Positions 1 to 9,061 of a stretch of DNA of 63,346 bases are shown piece after piece (within the stretch, counting starts at the first letter, position 1; each line of letters starts with the position of its first letter). The stretch is from an uncultured Myxococcales bacterium (lineage in GTDB: Bacteria > Desulfobacterota > Binatia > UBA1149 > SPBQ01), in assembly GCA_964478045.1 (NCBI GenBank), contig CAYZHO010000002.1:1-63346 (forward strand), written 5' to 3'. A program made the translations under genes and the position numbers. The notes under the pieces are model-generated. The model searched no databases and was not told the origin of the DNA. It saw nothing but the letters and a program-made list of their open reading frames with translations.

Positions 1-1
1 T

Positions 2-976
2 TACCCACCGCTACCGCAAACCCCACGAATTCAGTTTCTGGCCACGTACAGCAGTGAAGAGGATATCGTTCACAAGGGTGGAGGCTTCCAGGAGTTCATT
101 CTCGGTGAAACGCGCTACCGCGAACTCGGAAAAGTCTACGGCGTGGCTCTCGACCACGGCGAACTGCTGATCTGCGACACCCGGGCCGGTGCCGTCATCG
201 TATTCGACATTCCCAAGGGCGAGGTTCGCTTCATCGGCGACCGCGCGCCGGGAAAGCTCGTCAAACCTGTCAACATCTTCGTCGACCCGGCCAACCGAGA
301 CCGCTATGTCGTCGACACGGGCCTCAAGCGCATCGTCGTTTTCGATCGCCAGGGGCGCTATTTGCGCGCAATCGGAGACCCGGAGAAGTGGAAGCCATCG
401 GACGTCGCCATCCGCGGAGACCTCGTTTACGCCACGGACCTCGAGAATGGCCAAGTGGTGGTCTTCGACAAGGAAAGCGGCGCAGAGCTGAGGCGGATCT
501 CGCAGCGCGGCGACGGACCGGGTGACCTTTTCTTCCCCACGAACCTTGCCTTGGACACGGAGGGAAACATTTACGTTTCCGACACCGGCAACTTCAGGGT
601 CCAAAAGTTCAGTCCCGACGGCCGGCACTTGATGCAGTTCGGCTCGCTCGGCCGGGGCCTCGGCCAGTTCGCCCGGCCGAAAGGAATCGCTGTGGATCGC
701 GCTGGCCGCCTCTACGCCGTCGACGCGGCGTTCGAAAACGTTCAGATCTTTGCTCCCGACGGCAAGCTACTGTTGTTTTTTGGCGAACCCGGTGCCCACC
801 CCGGCGCGATCAACATGCCGGCCAAGGTAGTCGTAGACTACGACGACGTGGACCTATTCGCCGATCGCGTGGCTCCCGGCTACCAGATCGAGCACCTCAT
901 TATCGTCACCAGCCAGTTCGGCGTGAATAAGGTCAACGTTTACGGATTCCTCAAACAGCCAAGCGGGGAAAAGTGA
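2..976 (+). CDS. NHL-repeat beta-propeller protein, 5'-truncated at the window edge
   Basis: The frame is open from nt 2, with no stop before the listed Met at 143. Repeated NHL-like units are present, e.g. GNFRVQKFSPDG and FARPKGIAVDRAGRLYAVDAAFENVQIF. It is a clear paralog of 6254-7348. Confidence 0.8.
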   Translation, partial: YPPLPQTPRIQFLATYSSEEDIVHKGGGFQEFILGETRYRELGKVYGVALDHGELLICDTRAGAVIVFDIPKGEVRFIGDRAPGKLVKPVNIFVDPANRDRYVVDTGLKRIVVFDRQGRYLRAIGDPEKWKPSDVAIRGDLVYATDLENGQVVVFDKESGAELRRISQRGDGPGDLFFPTNLALDTEGNIYVSDTGNFRVQKFSPDGRHLMQFGSLGRGLGQFARPKGIAVDRAGRLYAVDAAFENVQIFAPDGKLLLFFGEPGAHPGAINMPAKVVVDYDDVDLFADRVAPGYQIEHLIIVTSQFGVNKVNVYGFLKQPSGEK

Positions 977-1075
977 CACCCGAGGATGCTCGGACAAGGC
1001 ACAATGGATTGAGGGAGGACAAAGACAACGTCAAGGAGGAAAGCCGGCGGTGCCGCTCGCCGGTTACGAGGACCG

Positions 1076-2479
1076 ATGGTTTCGCTTCCGTTTCGCTCGC
1101 GAATACTGACAACTGTTGGCGTTCGTTCGCTGCTTGGGCGGGGCGCCAAGACCACCGTCCTGCTAGCGGCGAGCGCTTGTCTGCTCGCAAGCGCTCGCGC
1201 CGGGCAGGCGGCCGCGCCCGCAACGGTCGACCCGACCGCGCCGTGCGTCACCTCGAATTGTCACACGAAGCAAGTGGCGGCCAAGAAGCTCCATTGGCCT
1301 GGCTTTGCCGCCGATTGCCGGGCCTGCCACAAGCAAAAGGGAAACCGCCATCGCTTCGCGCCGGCTGGCGGCGAGGCCGCGTGCCTGGAATGCCACGAAG
1401 ATGTGGGCAAGGCCATCGCTACCAGCAAATACACGCATGCCACAGCGAAGGAAAAGAAGTGTTTCGACTGCCATCAGCCGCATGGTTCCGAGGCCGGCGG
1501 CCTGCTCAAAACGAAGACGCAAGCTGAACTTTGCTTCGGCTGCCATGAGGACAAGAAGAAACGGATCCTCGGGGCAAAGTATCTGCACGGACCCACCGAG
1601 CAAGGCGCGTGCAGCATGTGTCACGATCCGCACGCCGGCAAGAACCGGAAATTCGTTATAAAGAGCACCCCGGATCTGTGTTTCGACTGCCACGAAGACT
1701 TTGCCGCGGCCTGGGAGGAAGCCAAGTACCACCACGACGACCCGGACTGCATCGACTGCCACAATCCTCACGGCGGGCCTGAAAGGCGCATGCTGTTCGC
1801 CCAAGGCCGCGAGCTGTGCGGAGAGTGTCACGACGACGTCGTCGGCGTGGTCGAGCGCGCGCCCGTCGACCACGCGCCAGCCAAGACGGGACGCGAGTGC
1901 CTGAACTGTCACACGCCTCACGCCTCGAACGCCAAGCCGAACCTGCTGAAACCGCAGCGCGAGCTGTGTCTCGGCTGCCACGACAAGCAAGTCGAGACGA
2001 ACGACGGCAAGCGGCCGTTGATGAACATCAAAGCGCTTCTCGTCACCAGCCAGAACTGGCACAAGCCGATTCGGGAGTCTTTCTGTACCGGCTGCCATCG
2101 CCCGCACGGGAGCAAATACTTCCGCATTCTCAAGAAGCCGTTTCCGCCTACTTTCTACAGTCCGTTCGATCCAAAGAACTACGCTCTGTGTTTCTCGTGC
2201 CACGAACAGACCATCGTGCGCGACCCGAAGACCAGATCGCTCACGAACTTCCGGGACGGCGATCGCAACCTCCACTATCTCCACGTCAACAAGAAGGAAC
2301 GGGGCCGTACTTGCCGCGCCTGCCACGAGGTACACGCAAGCAGGAATCCGTACCACATTCGCGACGAGGTTCCCTACGGGAAGTGGATGATGCCGATCGG
2401 ATACCAAAAGACGGCGACCGGCGGTAGTTGCGATCCCGGCTGCCACGACCGCCGCACCTACGACCGTGAGAAAAAGTAA
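1076..2479 (+). CDS. Multihaem c-type cytochrome (13 canonical CxxCH), secreted
   Basis: N-terminal hydrophobic signal-like segment. 13 CxxCH motifs, many as CxxCHxPH (CFDCHQPHG, CSMCHDPHA, CIDCHNPHG, CLNCHTPHA, CTGCHRPHG), typical of paired-CXXCH / c7-like multihaem proteins. Also one CX4CH (CVTSNCH) and one CX3CH (CDPGCH). Confidence 0.9.
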   Translation: MVSLPFRSRILTTVGVRSLLGRGAKTTVLLAASACLLASARAGQAAAPATVDPTAPCVTSNCHTKQVAAKKLHWPGFAADCRACHKQKGNRHRFAPAGGEAACLECHEDVGKAIATSKYTHATAKEKKCFDCHQPHGSEAGGLLKTKTQAELCFGCHEDKKKRILGAKYLHGPTEQGACSMCHDPHAGKNRKFVIKSTPDLCFDCHEDFAAAWEEAKYHHDDPDCIDCHNPHGGPERRMLFAQGRELCGECHDDVVGVVERAPVDHAPAKTGRECLNCHTPHASNAKPNLLKPQRELCLGCHDKQVETNDGKRPLMNIKALLVTSQNWHKPIRESFCTGCHRPHGSKYFRILKKPFPPTFYSPFDPKNYALCFSCHEQTIVRDPKTRSLTNFRDGDRNLHYLHVNKKERGRTCRACHEVHASRNPYHIRDEVPYGKWMMPIGYQKTATGGSCDPGCHDRRTYDREKK

Positions 2480-3494
2480 GGCAGAGGGCCGTTGCGTCCC
2501 GCGGCAGGCGGGGCCTCTGCTTGTCGCCCTCGCTGCCTGCCTTGTGCTTCGCGCGGCCGGAGCGGCGGCAGCCGAGCAACGCCCCTCCCTGCCCCCTTTG
2601 ACGCTTGCACGTGTGGGTGGGGGCAGTCTGCGCGTGGAATCCTTGAAGGGCAAGATAGCCGTCTTGGCCTTCTGCCGCACTGGCCAGTCCTACTCTGAAC
2701 ACGTTCTCAACGATCTTCGTGCTCTCGCCCGGGAACTTGCAGAGGAAGCCACCGTGGTTGCGGTCTTTTCGGGCGAAACCCAAGCAGCGGACCTCGAAGA
2801 GCTCAAGAAGACCCTAGCGCTACCGTATCCGATCGTCCTCGACCCGCAGTGGAAGCTTTACTCGGCGTTCGGCATCGTGGCGCGACCGACCGTTTGGATC
2901 GTGGACCGTTCCGGTACCGGCCGCTTCGAGATAGCCGGCTACCACAGGGACCTGCAGACAATCGTACGGGCCGATGTCGACTTTCTCGCTGGCCGAATCA
3001 ATGAAGAAGAGCGCAAGGCGCGCGCGACGCCCCAAGCGGCACCCTCGTTCGCGGGAACCGCAGGGGCATCGGTCCGGTACAGGCTGGCCAAGCGGCTGCT
3101 CGAAGCCGGCAAGAGGCAGGCTGCAAAACGGCAGTTCGAGCTGGCTTGGCAGGAGGATCCGCCGTCTGCCCGAGCCGGGGTCGAGCTGGCCCGGATGCTG
3201 CTTGAAGACGGCAAAGTGAGCGAGGCCCTTTCGATCCTCGACAAAGCCTTACCCATGATCCCCAGCGATCCCTTGGCATTGGGCACCAAGGGGTTGGCCC
3301 TTCTCGAGCAGGGCCGCAAGGAGGATGCGGTGAGGTTGCTCGAGCAAGCGGTTGAATCAGGAAGCAGCGAACCGGTCTTTTTCTACCGGCTCGGCCGTGA
3401 ACTCGAAGACCGGGGCGAAACCGGTAAGGCGTGCCGCTACTTCCGCCGGGGCTTCGAGATCCTGCTCGAGCGCAGCGGCGAGCAGGTGAGGTGA
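2466..3494 (+). CDS. Thioredoxin-fold (TlpA/redoxin-like) protein with C-terminal TPR repeats, secreted
   Basis: GTG start overlaps the end of the cytochrome gene. Signal-like N-terminus. Redoxin-like core (KGKIAVLAFCRTGQSYS ... ALPYPIVLDPQWKLYSAFGI..RPTVWIVDRSG) followed by helical TPR-like repeats. Only one Cys sits where a CxxC would be expected. Confidence 0.6.
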   Translation: MRKSKAEGRCVPRQAGPLLVALAACLVLRAAGAAAAEQRPSLPPLTLARVGGGSLRVESLKGKIAVLAFCRTGQSYSEHVLNDLRALARELAEEATVVAVFSGETQAADLEELKKTLALPYPIVLDPQWKLYSAFGIVARPTVWIVDRSGTGRFEIAGYHRDLQTIVRADVDFLAGRINEEERKARATPQAAPSFAGTAGASVRYRLAKRLLEAGKRQAAKRQFELAWQEDPPSARAGVELARMLLEDGKVSEALSILDKALPMIPSDPLALGTKGLALLEQGRKEDAVRLLEQAVESGSSEPVFFYRLGRELEDRGETGKACRYFRRGFEILLERSGEQVR

Positions 3495-3498
3495 GTGG

Positions 3499-4113
3499 AT
3501 GCACAGCCCCCGCCCAAAGCGAACGATCAGCGCTCGGCGCGCGGCCGCCGGTTTCTTGCTAGCCCTTCTGCTCTCGGTTCCCGCCTGCACCACGCCCGAG
3601 CAACAGCTGTGGTGGAAGATGACGTTCTTCGACGGCGTTCCACCACCCGGACACGAAAAACTGGCGGAGGAAGAGCGCGAAGAGCGCGAGATGACGCCAG
3701 CGGCTCGGGCACTGGCGGCGCTGCGCGAAGCCAAACACCAAATTTCGCGACATGGCCCGTACGCGCAGAAGAAGTGCTCGCAGTGCCACGCCAGCGAATA
3801 CTCCAATCGCCTCAAAGCCCGGCCGCCGGAGTTGTGCTACCGCTGTCACGAAGTCGAAAGCTTTCCCGGAAAGTACCGGCACGGCCCTTTCCGGGCCGGG
3901 CTTTGCCTGGCTTGTCACGACCCGCATAGTTCGCCGAACGAAAAGCTGCTGCTGGCCGGGCGGGAAGAACTCTGCAGGACGTGCCACGACGCAACGACGT
4001 TCGCCCGTATCGACGAGCACGTCGCGCGCTACGGTGCCGATTGCCTCGCCTGCCACCGGCCGCATGCCGGCCCGCGGCCGAAGATGCTCCGGGAGGATGC
4101 CAAAACGTCGTGA
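3499..4113 (+). CDS. Pentahaem c-type cytochrome, probable lipoprotein
   Basis: Five CxxCH motifs (CSQCH, CYRCH, CLACH, CRTCH, CLACH). N-terminus FLLALLLSVPAC resembles a lipobox. A purine-rich RBS-like stretch (GGTGAGGTGAG) precedes the ATG. Confidence 0.85.
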   Translation: MHSPRPKRTISARRAAAGFLLALLLSVPACTTPEQQLWWKMTFFDGVPPPGHEKLAEEEREEREMTPAARALAALREAKHQISRHGPYAQKKCSQCHASEYSNRLKARPPELCYRCHEVESFPGKYRHGPFRAGLCLACHDPHSSPNEKLLLAGREELCRTCHDATTFARIDEHVARYGADCLACHRPHAGPRPKMLREDAKTS

Positions 4114-6152
4114 CGGGCGGAGCGGAAAGAGCTGCGCGCTGGCTTGCCAGCCCCGGGGGGTGGACGGCGGCTGCGGTCGTGGCGCTCCTTCTCGCCACGT
4201 GCCCGGCCCATGCCCAGCGCTACCGGTACCGGAGGGAACCGTTTGCGCCGCTCCGGCTGACGCGGATCTGGGGTCGCGTCGAGTTGGGCGTACGCGGAGA
4301 ACGCGAGCGGCGAGCGCGTCCTAACCAGGGCACGTCGTGGTACTCTGAGGAACTCGAGTTCGACGAGCTCGTCCGGCTCGACCTCAACGGGTACTCGTAC
4401 CACCCTCGCTTCCTCCGATTCCACGTCGGTCTGGAAACCCAAGCCCTCGAGCGGCCGATCAATCGCGGGAGCGACGTCTTTCTGGTCGGCGGAGGCACGC
4501 GCTTGTTCTTCGGAGGAGACTGGCGCTTTACCTTCCTCGAGCGGCATCCTTACAACCTCTCTCTGTTCGGAAACAGCTCCGAGCGAGACGTGGAGCGGTC
4601 TTTTGCCCGGACGTTTCGCGAGCGCTCGCTGGTCTACGGGGCAACCTCGCACATCCGCAAGGGCCCGATTCCTCTTACTCTTAGCTACCAGCGCTGGTCG
4701 CGAAAGCGCCGCGATCCTGCCCTGACGATCACCGAGGAAGGTGACGACGCCCTCGTCCGCGGGCGCTACGACATCGGGCCGCGGTCGCGCGGGTCCCTCG
4801 AATACCGGTATCGTACGGACGACATCACCGAGCGGGGGCTCGAGCTAACGCGCCACGAAGTGCTGGCCACGAATACCACCGCACTGGCCGGGAATCGGCG
4901 CAGGCGCTTTTACGGCTCCGTGCGGCTCTATCAGCAAGAAAACAACCGGACGACGCCAGCCGCTGCGGGCCCGCTCTTTCGAACGCGCGAGGCCTTCGTG
5001 TTCGGCAACCTCAACTGGCAACACACGCGCAACGTCTCGACCTTCTACCACTCCGACCTGCAGTTTACGGACACGGGAGGACAAAGCGCCACCGTGTGGA
5101 ACGGCAGCGCGTCGATCAGCCACCAGCTCTACGAGAGTCTGACCTCGACAGCGGAAATATACTCGAGCATCGAAGACGGTGACTTTGGCTTCACGGGCTT
5201 CTACGGTGGCCGCCTTACGGAAACCTACGTCAAAAAGCTCGGCTCTTGGGGCCGCTTGAGCGTCAATCTCGCGGCCTTCGGCGAACTGCGCGACCGCAAT
5301 CCAAAAGCAGAAGTCGGCCAGGTGTTCGACGAAGCGATCACGCTTTCCAATGCGCCCGTTGCGCTTTCCAAGCCAGACGTAGTAGCCGACAGCATCGTGG
5401 TTACGGACTTGTCCGGCGGCATCGTCTACGAGGAAGGCACGGACTACGTGGTGCTGGTTACCGGCCGCATCACGCAGATTCAGCGGCTCGCGACCGGGGC
5501 CATCGCCGACGGCGAGACCGTGCTGGTCGACTACCAGTTCGAAGTGGTGCCCGAAAGTAACGTCTTGGCCTCGGGCTTGAACCAAAACACCTCGATCTCA
5601 ATCGGCGACTTCTTCACCATCTACTTTCGCTCGACGAACAACGGCCAGCAGCTTCTTGCCGGCACGCCCGAGGTCCGCCTGGAGTCCTACGACGGGTATG
5701 CCGTGGGCGCGCGCAGCACTTGGTGGTGGACGACAACGACCGTCGAATACGAAACCGTGCGCTCGTCGTTCGTTAACTACCACAGCATCTACGATACGTT
5801 TACGATCGCCATGCCGAGCTCGTTTCGACTGCGAGGCCACGCCGGCGTTTCCTACCGCTTCCAGGACTTCACCGACTCGGGCGAAACCGTCGAGCGGATC
5901 ACGGGAATCTGGGGAGCGATGGCACGGTTCTGGGACTTGGGCGTGGCAACGCTCGACGGCGAATACCAGCGGGAACGCTGGACCGGGCGGACGACGGACA
6001 ACGACCTCGACGGATTCGGTATTCACGCCCGAGTTACCTACCCGTACCGCGACCTCGAGTTCGAGCTGGATGGAAGAGTTTCGCGGATCACGCAGCGCGG
6101 CGAGGACGAAGACCGCGACCGCCTCGTCCTGCGCGTGCGGCGGCGGTTTTGA
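4110..6152 (+). CDS. Predicted outer-membrane beta-barrel protein (porin-like, about 680 aa)
   Basis: The listed ORF starts at 3981 inside the cytochrome gene. An in-frame GTG at 4110 forms a GTGA overlap with the cytochrome stop and gives a signal peptide (..AAAVVALLLATCPAHA/Q). The protein is rich in Y/R/G/T with alternating-residue segments and ends in ..RVRRRF (C-terminal Phe, typical of OMPs). No family was recognised. Confidence 0.6.
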   Translation: MTGGAERAARWLASPGGWTAAAVVALLLATCPAHAQRYRYRREPFAPLRLTRIWGRVELGVRGERERRARPNQGTSWYSEELEFDELVRLDLNGYSYHPRFLRFHVGLETQALERPINRGSDVFLVGGGTRLFFGGDWRFTFLERHPYNLSLFGNSSERDVERSFARTFRERSLVYGATSHIRKGPIPLTLSYQRWSRKRRDPALTITEEGDDALVRGRYDIGPRSRGSLEYRYRTDDITERGLELTRHEVLATNTTALAGNRRRRFYGSVRLYQQENNRTTPAAAGPLFRTREAFVFGNLNWQHTRNVSTFYHSDLQFTDTGGQSATVWNGSASISHQLYESLTSTAEIYSSIEDGDFGFTGFYGGRLTETYVKKLGSWGRLSVNLAAFGELRDRNPKAEVGQVFDEAITLSNAPVALSKPDVVADSIVVTDLSGGIVYEEGTDYVVLVTGRITQIQRLATGAIADGETVLVDYQFEVVPESNVLASGLNQNTSISIGDFFTIYFRSTNNGQQLLAGTPEVRLESYDGYAVGARSTWWWTTTTVEYETVRSSFVNYHSIYDTFTIAMPSSFRLRGHAGVSYRFQDFTDSGETVERITGIWGAMARFWDLGVATLDGEYQRERWTGRTTDNDLDGFGIHARVTYPYRDLEFELDGRVSRITQRGEDEDRDRLVLRVRRRF

Positions 6153-6253
6153 GCGGTGGTGGCTCATAGCACAATGGCGGCCGGACCCGCGGTTAAGGGC
6201 GAACCGGCCGGCTCGTTGCAGGACGGTTCAGAACAGAGCGTCGGAGGCCAAAA

Positions 6254-7348
6254 ATGAGGCACCGCAGCGAAAGGCGCCCAGGGCAAGCGCGGTATCCGGC
6301 CGGAGGCCGGGTGCTTGCGCGTTCGATCGCGTTGATTGTGACGCTCGCCGCAGCGGCCGCAGCCTGCGCCCCTTCCCGCGCGCCGCGGCCGCCGTGGAAC
6401 CAGCCGGCGGAACACTTGCGCTGGCCGCTTCCGCCGGAGCCGGAACGGATCGCGTATGTTGGAAGCCTGAGCTCGGGCGACGATCTGCCCGCCGCGCGCC
6501 GGTCCCTGGCACGGCTCACCTCATGGATGGCGGGCCGAAAGCCGCGGAACATGGTCAAACCGATCGCTGTCGCCAAGAACTCCCGCGACCTGCTCGTCGT
6601 GGCAGACCCGGCGATCCCTACGGTCCACTTCTTCGACTTGCGCCGCAACCGCTACGATCGTCTGTCGCGCAAGGTCGCTTCCCGCATCTTGTCCCCAGTC
6701 GGAGTAGCGGTGGCTGATGACGGCACCGTGTTCGTGAGCGACTCGGTCAAAGCCAAGGTGTTTGTGCTTCGCGGGCCGGACGAAATCGAGCGAGTAATCG
6801 GAGAGACGGTCCTCCAGCGGCCAACGGGCCTGGCCTTGTCTGCCAGCGGCACGCGCCTGTACGTCGTGGACACCCTAGCGGGACAGGTGGTGGTATTCGA
6901 CCGGGAGGGCAGAGAGATCGGGCGCTTCGGGGCGCGCGGGACGGGCCCCGGATCGCTCAACTTCCCGACCTACGTAGCCGTGGCACCGGACGGCCGCGTC
7001 CTAGTGTCGGACTCCCTAAACTTTCGGGTGCAAGTTTTTTCGCCCGACGGTCGCTACCTCGGGGCTTTCGGCCGGCCGGGCAATGCGGCAGGCACGTTTA
7101 CCCGCCCGAAGGGAATCGGCGTGGACCGCTTGGGGCACGTCTACGTCGTCGATGCCGCTTTCGAGAACGTTCAAATGTTCGATGATCAAGGACACCTGCT
7201 CCTAGCGTTCGGAAGCAGCGGCACGGGCGCTGGCCAGTTTACGCTGCCTGCCGGAATTTGGGTGGACCAGCGCGACGATACGATTTGGGTCGCCGACTCG
7301 TACAACCAACGGGTACAAGCTTTTCGTCTGGTGGGGTACCAACGATGA
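6254..7348 (+). CDS. NHL-repeat beta-propeller lipoprotein
   Basis: GGAGG RBS upstream. Lipobox-like LAAAAAAC. NHL units such as LNFRVQVFSPDGRYLGAFG and FTRPKGIGVDRLGHVYVVDAAFENVQMF. Paralog of 2-976. Confidence 0.85.
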   Translation: MRHRSERRPGQARYPAGGRVLARSIALIVTLAAAAAACAPSRAPRPPWNQPAEHLRWPLPPEPERIAYVGSLSSGDDLPAARRSLARLTSWMAGRKPRNMVKPIAVAKNSRDLLVVADPAIPTVHFFDLRRNRYDRLSRKVASRILSPVGVAVADDGTVFVSDSVKAKVFVLRGPDEIERVIGETVLQRPTGLALSASGTRLYVVDTLAGQVVVFDREGREIGRFGARGTGPGSLNFPTYVAVAPDGRVLVSDSLNFRVQVFSPDGRYLGAFGRPGNAAGTFTRPKGIGVDRLGHVYVVDAAFENVQMFDDQGHLLLAFGSSGTGAGQFTLPAGIWVDQRDDTIWVADSYNQRVQAFRLVGYQR

Positions 7349-9042
7349 AAACGCCGTGCCTGCGACGAATTCTGCCGCTGGTGTGGGCCGCGCTCCTGGC
7401 CGCTACGCCCGCGCCCGCGCAGATCCTCGGAACCAAGCACAACCTGTCGGCCAGCGGCCCTGGACCCATCAAGGCGTTCGGCGAAAACGAGATCTGCATC
7501 TTCTGCCATACGCCGCACAGCTCGGCCGCCTCGACTCCGCTTTGGAATCGCGTGTTGCCGACGCTCGTTTACACGCCGTACTCGAGCTCGACGCTCGAGG
7601 CGAGCACCGGCCAGCCGACCGGCTCCTCCAAACTGTGCTTGAGCTGCCACGACGGAACGATCGGCCTCGGCATGGTGCTCAGCCGCAGCACTCCGATCGC
7701 GGTGACGGCCGAGCTGAGCGGCCGCGCCAAGCTGACGACGGACCTGTCGGACGACCACCCGGTCTCGTTCGTCTACGACTCGGCGCTGGCAGCGGCCGAT
7801 GCGGAGCTAGTGGATCCCGGCTTGCTCCCCTCCCACGTCCGGCTCGACCCGGACGGCCAAATGCAGTGCACGAGCTGTCACGATCCTCACTCCGACCGCT
7901 ACGGCAAGTTTCTCGTTGCCGACAACGTGTTTTCCGCACTGTGCACCACATGCCACGACAAAATCGGGTGGGCGGCCAGCTCTCATGCCACATCGCCGGC
8001 CACCTGGGACGGAACCGGTTTGGATCCTTGGCCCTACACAGACTGGGCGACGGTCGCCGAAAACGGCTGCCTCGGTTGCCACACCTCGCACATGGCCGGT
8101 TCGCCGCAGTGGTTGCTCACGCAAGCGATCGAGGAAGATACGTGTCTTGCCTGCCACGATGGCAGCGTTGCTTCGAAGAACATCGAGGCCGAACTGCGCA
8201 AGCCGTACCGCCACCCAGTGGACGCGCAGAGCGGCGTGCACGACCCGAACGAAGATCCGCTGCTGATGCCGCGACACGTCGAATGCCAGGATTGCCACAA
8301 TCCCCACGCGGCACGGCACCTACCCGCTTCGGCGCCGGCTGCCAGCGGCGCCCTCGCCGAGGTCCCGGGCGTCTCTTCTTCGGGTGGCACGGTCGATCCG
8401 GCCAGTTACCAGTACGAAGTGTGTTTCCGGTGCCATGCCGATAGTGCCAACGTCCCGCCGCCCTCGATCCCGCGGCAGATCCTCGAGCCGAACTTGCGCT
8501 TGAAGTTCGACCTGTCGAATCCTTCGTACCACCCGGTGGAAGGCCCGGGTCGCAACTCTTCGGTTCCGAGCCTGATCGCCCCGCTCACTACTTCGTCCGT
8601 GATCTACTGCACGGATTGCCACGCCAACGACTCCGGTCCTGGCACGGGCGGCACCGGACCGGCCGGACCGCACGGATCCAACTGGGAGTTCTTGCTCGAA
8701 CGCGAGTATCGGACAGCAGACAACACTAGCGAGAGCTATCAGGCCTACGCTTTGTGCTACAAGTGCCATGCCCGCACGAGCATCCTCGCCAACCAGTCGT
8801 TCAAGGAACACAAGAAGCACATCCAAGGGGAGAAGGCCCCGTGCTCAGTGTGTCATGACCCGCACGGGATCAGCATCACCGAGGGAACCCCAGTGAACAA
8901 CACGCACTTGATCAACTTCGACACGAGCATTGTACAGCCCGACCCCAAGACTGGCCGGCTCGAGTTCCAAGACGACGGCACGCGCAAGGGACGGTGTTAC
9001 CTGCGCTGCCACGGCGAGAACCACTCGCCGAAGACTTACTGA
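7345..9042 (+). CDS. Multihaem c-type cytochrome (11 canonical CxxCH plus one CX3CH), secreted
   Basis: The internal ATG at 7345 forms an ATGA overlap with the NHL gene stop and gives the signal peptide MKTPCLRRILPLVWAALLAATPAPAQ. Motifs: CIFCH, CLSCH, CTSCH, CTTCH, CLGCH, CLACH, CQDCH, CFRCH, CTDCH, CYKCH, CSVCH, plus CYLRCH. Confidence 0.88.
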   Translation: MKTPCLRRILPLVWAALLAATPAPAQILGTKHNLSASGPGPIKAFGENEICIFCHTPHSSAASTPLWNRVLPTLVYTPYSSSTLEASTGQPTGSSKLCLSCHDGTIGLGMVLSRSTPIAVTAELSGRAKLTTDLSDDHPVSFVYDSALAAADAELVDPGLLPSHVRLDPDGQMQCTSCHDPHSDRYGKFLVADNVFSALCTTCHDKIGWAASSHATSPATWDGTGLDPWPYTDWATVAENGCLGCHTSHMAGSPQWLLTQAIEEDTCLACHDGSVASKNIEAELRKPYRHPVDAQSGVHDPNEDPLLMPRHVECQDCHNPHAARHLPASAPAASGALAEVPGVSSSGGTVDPASYQYEVCFRCHADSANVPPPSIPRQILEPNLRLKFDLSNPSYHPVEGPGRNSSVPSLIAPLTTSSVIYCTDCHANDSGPGTGGTGPAGPHGSNWEFLLEREYRTADNTSESYQAYALCYKCHARTSILANQSFKEHKKHIQGEKAPCSVCHDPHGISITEGTPVNNTHLINFDTSIVQPDPKTGRLEFQDDGTRKGRCYLRCHGENHSPKTY

Positions 9043-9061
9043 AGAAGCGACGCCAGCACGC

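Noticed and set aside
6153-6253. The stem CGGCCGG ... CCGGCCG after the barrel gene as a terminator.
   Set aside because: The loop is 19 nt and there is no T-tract. The next gene has its own GGAGG RBS and is probably co-transcribed.
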